NCBI GenBank assembly: GCA_963754945.1
Contig: CAVWIG010000051.1
Location: 1-10,672 of the forward strand
Source: Methanotrichaceae archaeon
GTDB taxonomy: Archaea > Halobacteriota > Methanosarcinia > Methanotrichales > Methanotrichaceae
Reading direction: 5' to 3'
DNA: 10,672 nt
The notes beneath the pieces are model-generated. The model was not told the DNA's origin and made no database searches. It worked only from the letters and a program-made list of their open reading frames with translations. Numbering within the stretch: position 1 is the stretch's first letter; each line of letters starts with the position of its first letter. Shown here piece by piece: positions 1 to 6,391 of this stretch. A program made the position numbers and the translations under genes.

Positions 1-666
1 TATTTCAAATAATATTATTGATGACAAGGCCAAACCACAGAGACTCGAAGAAGAGCCAATAAATGAGGGAAGTTGGGCAAAAAAGGGTGTCAAATCCTTT
101 TTCGGATATAAAGGTCATATCTCAATCGATACCAATTACCACCTTATCAGATATTTTGAGACTACAACTGCTTCTGTACACGATAGTCAGGTAGATCTTG
201 GAATTGAAGGGCTACCACGTTACGCCGATAAGGGATATGATGGTGCAAAAACTCGAGGATATGATGCAGCCATGAAAAAAGCTACAAGAGGTCACAAGCT
301 TGGAATCATAGATCTTCTGAGGAATAAGAGAATCAGTAAAACGCGATCGCACATCGAAAGATGCTTCGCTGTTATGAAGCGGGGGCATAAGGGAGCACAT
401 GTTTATGTAACAACTGTCGCAAGAGCTGGAGTAAAATTCATGATGAATTCGGTCGTTTACAACCTGGAACAGTTGAAATATTTAGTGCATAAACAAACAG
501 CCTAGCGGAAGCTCTCTAAAAAAGCGCAAAAATTAGAAACAACAAGGTAAATTGAAATCTAATAAGCCAATTTAGGGGTGAAATATGCTAAAAAACCACT
601 ATAAAGATTGAAAATATTAACGCAAGAATTTAAGGCTTCATTAACCAACACTAAATCGAAACCCTC
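1..666 (+). mobile_element. Right portion of an IS5-family insertion sequence; putative right terminal IR at ~652-666 (TAAATCGAAACCCTC)
   Basis: The transposase is followed by about 160 bp of AT-rich DNA ending ...AATCGAAACCCTC (reverse complement GAGGGTTTCGATT, resembling GAG-starting IS5 termini). The left end is outside the window, so neither the IR nor a target duplication can be confirmed. Confidence 0.55.
2..505 (+). CDS. IS5-family DDE transposase, C-terminal part (5' end lies outside the window)
   Basis: The frame is open from base 2: ...EGSWAKKGVKSFFGYKGH...TTASVHDSQVDL...YADKGY...RSHIERCFAVMKR...YNL. These are typical IS5-family motifs (W-x-K-K...FGYK-x-H, HD, ADKGY, R-x3-E-x2-F). 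The ORF track call 272..505 is only the distal part. Confidence 0.9.
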   Translation: MSNNIIDDKAKPQRLEEEPINEGSWAKKGVKSFFGYKGHISIDTNYHLIRYFETTTASVHDSQVDLGIEGLPRYADKGYDGAKTRGYDAAMKKATRGHKLGIIDLLRNKRISKTRSHIERCFAVMKRGHKGAHVYVTTVARAGVKFMMNSVVYNLEQLKYLVHKQTA

Positions 667-762
667 ATAGAAATACACATAACACAAGGTTCTAGTGTAT
701 GAAAACGCATCTAGCGCTAGATCTTTAGCTTTGGTAGCATTTAACCCGGGAGTGAAGTCATC

Positions 763-912
763 TTAGAACTTAGCGGTACGTCCCTCACTGCTCTTCTTTT
801 CGCTGTATGGCCTCGTCACCAGGATCGCGCCACATTCACATATATTAGAAGGACTTAAGCGATATACTCGGCCACAGCGCGGGCAATCCGACCATTTAAG
901 GATAGGGGGCAT
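763..912 (-). CDS. Small zinc-ribbon-like protein (49 aa, CPRC...CECG)
   Basis: MPPILKWSDCPRCGRVYRLSPSNICECGAILV... The ATG at 912 is preceded by GAGGAG, which makes it a better start than 954. Confidence 0.55.
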   Translation of the reverse strand: MPPILKWSDCPRCGRVYRLSPSNICECGAILVTRPYSEKKSSEGRTAKF

Positions 913-1381
913 TTCTAAGTCTCCTCGACTGCAGGAATGGATCATAGCGCACATACCTATAATCTTTTAGAACTTGTAGTTCTGATGAAAGATAGGGGGA
1001 AACTTGAATTTCTTAACCTTAACTCCGCCTGTGTAGGGAACAATCGACTAACGTGCATATGCAGCGCATATTGAATCTTCGATCGATGGTAGTTATATTT
1101 ATATATGGCAATATCCCCTAGCCTGGTGGGAAAGATGATATGTATATACATGTATCCCTACGGTCACTGCATATCGGTTTAAATAATTATCCTGCACATA
1201 TATTTATATAAATCCCTATTGTTGCAGAGTTAAGGTTCTTAACTTAGAAGGGATGGCCATGGACGGCCTTGGGGGATGGTCTCATTTCCGGAATCAGCAA
1301 TAATAGTAGCTGTACTAGCCTCATCCAGGTCCCACGGTGACGACCCTCCCCCTTGCTTACTACCCAGATCCTCAAGCAGGC

Positions 1382-1666
1382 TTAGCTTTCCAGATCGTCC
1401 TGATCTGACGGCTTCAGTTCTTCCAGCCTACTTAAATCGGCAGTGGTTGCTCTCGGTAGAATAAGATTACTCTTCGTTCTGTCGCTGTCATACATATTGT
1501 ATTCTTCTTCAGAGATCTCTTGCCACCCAGCGAGGACTATAGTATGGTTGATTTCCGATTGAGCTTTCTTGAGCCAATTAAACGGATGCTCGTTGATAAC
1601 GTCGCTTTCAAGATACTGTCTTCCCAATTTGCGAGATATATATGTGATAAAATAGTATTTGTTCAC
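1382..1666 (-). CDS. Hypothetical protein, virus/MGE-like (94 aa)
   Basis: GTG start preceded by GGGAGG. Protein-like N-terminal ~65 aa (KYYFITY...HPFNWL...WQEISEEEY). No family recognised. Confidence 0.6.
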   Translation of the reverse strand: MNKYYFITYISRKLGRQYLESDVINEHPFNWLKKAQSEINHTIVLAGWQEISEEEYNMYDSDRTKSNLILPRATTADLSRLEELKPSDQDDLES

Positions 1667-1743
1667 CTCAATTCCTCCCTAACATTTCCAAGCCTTCACT
1701 AGATTGCGCTTCCTTATATCATTGCCTCTGAAAGTGACTTACC

Positions 1744-1905
1744 ATGGCCGCGCAGAGGATCAGACAATCACCGAGGGCTCTAACGAGGCTGCCTTACAGG
1801 ATTTTGAGGCTGGTCTCCGAAGGAGCATCAAACAGTATAAAGCCGGCCAGGTGAAATCCTTTAAAGACCAAAGATGATTTTCTGAACCATCTTCGCCAGC
1901 TTTAA
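1744..1905 (+). pseudogene. Frameshifted remnant of a small antitoxin-like protein
   Basis: Correcting two small frameshifts (near 1750 and 1866) gives MAAEDQTITEGSNEAALQDFEAGLRRSIKQYKAGQVKSFKTKDDFLNHLRQL*, which resembles the C-terminal toxin-binding segment of RelB-like antitoxins. A TATA-like TTATAT lies at 1714. Confidence 0.4.
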
Positions 1906-2052
1906 ATATCAATCGTGATGGATATTATCTTGAGTAGTGTTGTAAGTCCTTCCCGAAAAGGATGAGGCCGCCCTGAGGCGGATGGGACGAAGTAGGGAAG
2001 GGTTCACCGCCTTTTCGTAATCCTTATAATCTGGCAGGTCGAAGTACGTATT

Positions 2053-2199
2053 ATGCCTATGCTTATGAAAGCCCCTGTGGTAGCTAAACCCGACCTAGTA
2101 GATCAGAGGCTTGAATCGTTCTCTCCAGAGCAGCGAGAGCACTTCAGGGATAGCGTGCGACATAATCACCGCGTACTGAAGCGGTTATCCAAAATGTAG
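2053..2199 (+). CDS. 48-aa putative Doc antitoxin-like peptide (not in the ORF track)
   Basis: MPMLMKAPVVAKPDLVDQRLESFSPEQREHFRDSVRHNHRVLKRLSKM*. The C-terminus resembles the helical L-x-x-L-[AS] tail of Doc-associated antitoxins. TTATAA at 2024 lies 29 nt upstream. The ORF overlaps the doc 3' end by 15 nt. Confidence 0.55.
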   Translation: MPMLMKAPVVAKPDLVDQRLESFSPEQREHFRDSVRHNHRVLKRLSKM

Positions 2200-2568
2200 C
2201 TGAAGGCCTTTCAGCTTTCGGGCCTTCCTGCGCACCCATTTTAATATCTTCGGGATATCGCATTTATATTCTGCTATTTTGGTCAACGCTTGAATTATCT
2301 CGTCGTCCTCTGCATGGATATGATAACCTGCGTCCCTCAAAATGAGGTCTGCAAGTTGAAATGCCGTCCTTTTTTGGCCGTCCCAGAAGGGGTGACGGTC
2401 GGCTAAAAGCAATGCCCACGCGGCCTTTTCAAACGCATCATCTTCCCGATTAATATTCTCGATTAAGTACTCTAATGTGCCGATATCTCGGATACCAGGC
2501 TCTCCACCTTCGGTTTCGATGAGATAATCATGAACCTCCATAACCTTCTTGGTGGTTAGCCTGATCAT
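2185..2568 (-). CDS. doc: Death-on-curing (Doc/Fic family) toxin
   Basis: Typical Doc N-terminus (V-x-x-x-H-x-x-LI...GG-x-PGIRD-x-G-x-LE) and a Fic/Doc motif HPFWDGQKRTA. Its ATG overlaps the integrase stop (TAATG). Confidence 0.88.
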   Translation of the reverse strand: MIRLTTKKVMEVHDYLIETEGGEPGIRDIGTLEYLIENINREDDAFEKAAWALLLADRHPFWDGQKRTAFQLADLILRDAGYHIHAEDDEIIQALTKIAEYKCDIPKILKWVRRKARKLKGLQLHFG

Positions 2569-3633
2569 TATATGCCCAACTGTGGTATCGCTGATAGATA
2601 AGCTTCTTGCACATCCTTCGGGTCTACGTGGAAGTAGATATCAACGGCTTCCTTGATCGCGTCACCCCGCAACCACTGCACGTATTCCCTCTTCATGCCC
2701 GCCCGGAGGAGAAAAGTCGTATTCCAATGTCTACAGCAATGTGGGCTAAAATGATCTTCCATCCTATTGGAGTTGGGATCATGCAGGCCCACGCGCACCG
2801 CTGCTTTGACCACCGAATCATAAATATCATCTGCTGAGGCCCTACGCTTCCGCGTACTCAGAAATAGAGCATTATCCTTGTGACTGTTGACACTCTCTCT
2901 CATCTTGAGCCATCTGCGAAGAGTCAACGTTGCGTCGGCGGACCCCGCTGCAAGCAGCGGGGCATGTTCCCGCCGACGCATAAAAATGCTCTACAAAATC
3001 TGAAGCATCCTTAAGTTGGAGTTACATGCTCTTTATCCCAGCCGCAGCAAGCTGCGGGGTATTGCGTTTTAAAATAAAGGCCGTTTCGTCGTCAAAGAAC
3101 ACGGTTCGGTTGCTTCTCTTCGCCGTGGGCTTGAGCCTGATTCTCTGCTCCACAAAATCCACATCAGAGACATCCAGGCTGGCGAGCTCATTTCTCCTTA
3201 TACCAGTCTTAGCAAGTAGTGTTAGAATGGCTTTATCTCTGATATTCATTTCGCTATTAATTATCTTGACCATATCTTCGACGCTTATCAGCTTCCTTTC
3301 TTGACTATCGTGGTTATCTTTGTAGCTTTTCAGATAGCGTTTTCTGATAGGCAAAATAGGATTGGCGGGGATCTTTCCTTCGAATGTCAGAAATTCATAA
3401 AAGCTTGATAATGTGCTGAAATAGTTCTTGAGGGTCTTGGTCCTGGCTTTCTTCGATCTTAGAAAGTCAATGAATCCGACCAAAGATGCATTGTCCACAA
3501 CCAAGAAGTCTACTCCTCTTTGATCCAGATAATTTTGGTATTTCTTGAGTACCGATCGACTGACTGGCAATGATCTCGCGGCCACTCCTCTGCTCTGGCA
3601 GTCTTTGAGATAGTCCTCGATTAGCTGATCCAT
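2568..3633 (-). pseudogene. Tyrosine recombinase/integrase (Xer-like) interrupted by a 151-bp insertion; 304 aa when joined (3633-3074 plus 2922-2568)
   Basis: The N-half has a SAM-like core-binding domain and KTGIRRNEL (catalytic R) plus a candidate catalytic K. The C-half has HCCRH, LRGD and VDIY (catalytic Y). Removing 2923-3073 gives the in-frame junction ...DDETAFILRRWLKMRE... Confidence 0.9.
2923..3073 (-). mobile_element. Non-autonomous IS200/IS605-type miniature element (PATE/MITE-like), 151 bp
   Basis: There are subterminal GC-rich hairpins at both ends: CCCCGCTGC-AA-GCAGCGGGG (2943-2962) within an outer 11-bp stem (2931-2941/2970-2980), and CCGCAGC-AA-GCTGCGG (3042-3057). On the minus strand the element is inserted 3' of TTTAT and ends in TTGAC. 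It has no target duplication and no transposase. Confidence 0.82.
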
Positions 3634-4130
3634 CGCCAGCCCTTCGCTTCAGGTTTGATCATGCCGTAGCCTTCAAGCTCTTCAAGTTGCGTGGAAACGG
3701 CTTTAACAAGGTCGCTTTCCCTCGGATCTATGCCTAGATCCTCCAAAAGCCTGTAGCTGTCCACAAAGCCCCTAGACTTTAGAATCTCTACAAGCTCCTT
3801 AGAATAGCGTCTCATCCCCTGGTAATCCTCTCCCAGGAAAGCCTGAGACCGATATCGTTTCAATTCATTCTCATACTTTTCCAGAACTATTATTTTTTGC
3901 CTTAAATCGTCGCGCAGAATCTTATTTTCCGCTTTCAATGTCTCCATTTCGCGCACAACTTCGCGACGCGGCTTGAATTCCTCCTCCTCATCCAACACGC
4001 CATCCACAATTCCAATAATGAACTTGGTTAATGGGGTCCTTGCCTTCTTTGCAAGCTTCACCCATCGCTCTTTATGCTCCACAGAAGGATGATAGACGTA
4101 AGTGTATCGCGCTTTGTCTGGTATGGGCAA
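3621..4130 (-). CDS. Integrase-associated hypothetical protein, putative DNA-binding (RHH-like N-terminus, coiled coil, winged-helix-like C-terminus)
   Basis: TTG start with a GGTGA RBS. The N-terminus has a beta-helix-helix pattern (YTYVY...KERWVKLAKKARTPLTKFII), the centre is heptad-rich, and the C-terminus reads LEELEGYGMIK...GWRW. It overlaps the integrase start by 13 nt. Domain calls are made by eye. Confidence 0.75.
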   Translation of the reverse strand: MPIPDKARYTYVYHPSVEHKERWVKLAKKARTPLTKFIIGIVDGVLDEEEEFKPRREVVREMETLKAENKILRDDLRQKIIVLEKYENELKRYRSQAFLGEDYQGMRRYSKELVEILKSRGFVDSYRLLEDLGIDPRESDLVKAVSTQLEELEGYGMIKPEAKGWRWIS

Positions 4131-4137
4131 TTACTCA

Positions 4138-4183
4138 CCATTAGATAATTATCGTTATGCTATAAATGCTTTACTAAGTAAAA
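4138..4183 (-). promoter_or_regulatory. Putative archaeal promoter of the regulator-integrase-doc operon
   Basis: Minus-strand TTTATA at 4166-4161, about 30 nt upstream of the TTG start, preceded by purine-rich AGTAAAGC. It is flanked by the palindromes GATAATTATC (4144-4153) and TTTACT-A-AGTAAA (4171-4183). Confidence 0.45.
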
Positions 4184-4268
4184 ATACGCTTTAGCTGTGG
4201 CCCTGAGGCCTCGCCCTTAAAGCTCTAACTATTGACGTTATCCTTAAATCCAAATCTTTCTGTAGCGC

Positions 4269-5132
4269 CTAGTTAGCTTTTTCAACCTCATGTACCCTTT
4301 CCAAAAGTAGATCTACTATTTTCTTGAAGCTGCCTTCCGCTCTGGTCGCTCTATCAGCAAAAGGAACTCCACGGTCACCCAAGACCCTCACTTCGGGATC
4401 AAGGGGAATCGCTCCCAGAAAGGGAACCTCGAGTTCTTCTGCAGCCTTCTTTCCGCCACCAGTGCTGAATATGTCGATGAATTCGCCGCAGTGAGGGCAC
4501 GATAGGCCGCTCATGTTCTCGATGATCCCGAGGACGGGCACTCTCATGGACTTGACCATGTTCACGGCCTTCCTGGAGTCGAGGAGCGAGACCTCCTGTG
4601 GGGTAGTTACAACAATCGCCCCTGTCATGTCTGGTATTAGTTGGATTACACTGAGTGGCTCATCACTGGTCCCGGGAGGAAGGTCGATCAGGAGGAAGTC
4701 GAGGTCGCCCCAGAGGACATCCTGGACGAATTGCCTTATAGCTGCTATCTTCATTGGACCTCGCCAGACTACGGGCGAGTCCCGACTGGGGAGCAGCAGT
4801 GCCATGGAGGCCACCTTTATCCCGCTAGCGTCTCCAGGCTCCACACCGTCTGGCCCTTTTTTCATCTTCTGATCCTCAATACCTAGAAGCTTGGGAATGC
4901 TCGGTCCTGTAATATCAGCGTCTAACAAACCGACACTGAAGCCTTTGGCCTTTAGGGCCCAGGCCAGGTTAACAGATACGGTGCTCTTGCCTACCCCGCC
5001 TTTGCCGCTGGCTATTATGATCTTGTGCTTAATCCGGCTCATTCGATCGAATGAGCACGAATCAGTTCTATCTTTATCCACGCAGGCGTTCCTTTGGGAA
5101 CAGGCATCGCAAATGTTCTCTCTTTCCTTCAT
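4269..5132 (-). CDS. mrp: Mrp/NBP35 (ApbC) family Fe-S cluster carrier ATPase
   Basis: Deviant Walker A SGKGGVGKS, LLDADITGPS, WRGPM, DLPPGTSD, ENMS...CPHC, and an N-terminal Cys cluster. Confidence 0.96.
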   Translation of the reverse strand: MKERENICDACSQRNACVDKDRTDSCSFDRMSRIKHKIIIASGKGGVGKSTVSVNLAWALKAKGFSVGLLDADITGPSIPKLLGIEDQKMKKGPDGVEPGDASGIKVASMALLLPSRDSPVVWRGPMKIAAIRQFVQDVLWGDLDFLLIDLPPGTSDEPLSVIQLIPDMTGAIVVTTPQEVSLLDSRKAVNMVKSMRVPVLGIIENMSGLSCPHCGEFIDIFSTGGGKKAAEELEVPFLGAIPLDPEVRVLGDRGVPFADRATRAEGSFKKIVDLLLERVHEVEKAN

Positions 5133-5305
5133 CGATTCACGTCCTCGGAGCTATCAATGCTCAATTTAGCAGATTTAGCAGATTTTAACGATTTGCTGGT
5201 TGGATCGACTGATAATCATATTAGCGCTAAATTTGCTAGCACTAAATAATTAGCACTTAAGCCAAATAGTGTTCAATTGGATTAGTCATCAATCGAATCA
5301 ACCGG

Positions 5306-6208
5306 TCATGAAACGGATGTCTGGAAATGATACTTTCCTTTAAGTAGACGTCTTTTGATCTTTCCTTCGCGTTCCAGGATTATGGCGTACTTGACCGCCG
5401 TGTTCTTATCAAGACCAGCCAGTTCCGCGATCTCGTATAAGGTGCACGGTCGGTCGACCAAGATTTCCAGGAACTTTGCCTCCTGTTTCTCGGGCACTCT
5501 CCAGTCCCAGTCTGGGATGATCTCTGCATCCTTGAAGACGCCGAGGATGTTCATCATCTCCGATTCATCCAAAGGAAGCACTGGCTCGGCCGGGATCCTG
5601 ACCACAGTGTTCAGCTGAACCCTATCCGGCTTTATCAACTCCACCGCTCTGGCGATCTGTTCAGCCTCGCTGTCGTTCACGTCCTTGACCAGCATTACCT
5701 CTAGCCAGATCTCTCCCGAAAACTCGGATCTAAATGCTCGGAGGCCTTCTATTATCTCCTCAAGCTTCAAATCCTTCGCTGGCCGGTTGATCCTCTCGAA
5801 GGTCGACTGTGTGACGGCATCAAGAGACGGAAGAACAATATCGGCCTCAGCTACCTCAGATCTAACCTTTGGGCTGGTCAAAAGAGTGCTGTTCGTTATC
5901 ACTGCCACAGGAACGTCCACTATCTCTTTGGAGCGGCGTATTATCTCTCCAAGGTCAGAGCTGAGAGTCGGCTCGCCGGATCCCGCAAAAGTGAGGTGGT
6001 CGAAGTCCTCCTCTGACCGGGATTCGATCTCCCTCTGCACCTTATCAGGAGAGATGAATCTATCTCTCCTCTTAGTCAGGCTGGAAGTTCTTCCCAGCTC
6101 GCAGTAGACACAGTCCAGGTTGCAAGTCTTGTATTTGAGCAAGTCCACGCCCAAGGATAAGCCCAAGCGCCGGGACAACACTGGACCAAAGAGACACTCC
6201 ATCATCAA
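5306..6208 (-). CDS. Radical SAM Fe-S oxidoreductase (COG0731-like) with a C-terminal HTH-like segment
   Basis: FGPV-x-SRRLG-x-SLG, CNLDCVYC (CX3CX2C), GSGEPTL, VITNS and SLDA motifs. Confidence 0.92.
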   Translation of the reverse strand: MMMECLFGPVLSRRLGLSLGVDLLKYKTCNLDCVYCELGRTSSLTKRRDRFISPDKVQREIESRSEEDFDHLTFAGSGEPTLSSDLGEIIRRSKEIVDVPVAVITNSTLLTSPKVRSEVAEADIVLPSLDAVTQSTFERINRPAKDLKLEEIIEGLRAFRSEFSGEIWLEVMLVKDVNDSEAEQIARAVELIKPDRVQLNTVVRIPAEPVLPLDESEMMNILGVFKDAEIIPDWDWRVPEKQEAKFLEILVDRPCTLYEIAELAGLDKNTAVKYAIILEREGKIKRRLLKGKYHFQTSVS

Positions 6209-6391
6209 AGCCCCGAAATTCAGTTCATGTGAATGATCTCACCAGGAGGTAGATATAATTCTATCCTGGCTGTTGTGCTGCGGCTATCCTTCACAGACGC
6301 AGCAGGGAAATCACGATTAGTCCAAACAGGATTCGCTAAAACAAATCTTGCCAGCAAAAGCTTAAGAGGGAACGCCGGGTTAAAAATCCTC

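Noticed and set aside
709-722. 14-bp palindrome ATCTAGCGCTAGAT
   Set aside because: It is isolated with no supporting context; its similarity to TTAGCGCTAA at 5221 is probably coincidental.
1271-1326. Fluoride riboswitch (GGGGATGG start)
   Set aside because: The downstream conserved elements and pseudoknot pairing are missing, and no crcB/eriC gene follows.
1948-2017. Hammerhead or HDV-like ribozyme
   Set aside because: The CUGANGA...GAAA core is absent on both strands, and no P3/L3 arrangement fitting the HDV fold could be built.
2923-3073. Archaeal BHB intron, group I intron or intein in the integrase
   Set aside because: No bulge-helix-bulge pairing at the junctions, too short for a group I core, and the length is not a multiple of 3 with an internal stop. 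The IS200/IS605 end features explain it better.
670-3633. Integron (integrase plus cassette array)
   Set aside because: The recombinase lacks a recognisable IntI-specific insertion, and I found no repeated attC-like (RYYYAAC...GTTRRRY) sites between the small ORFs.
5250-5276. CIRCE (HrcA) element
   Set aside because: Only the left half resembles TTAGCACTC; the right half and spacing do not match GAGTGCTAA.
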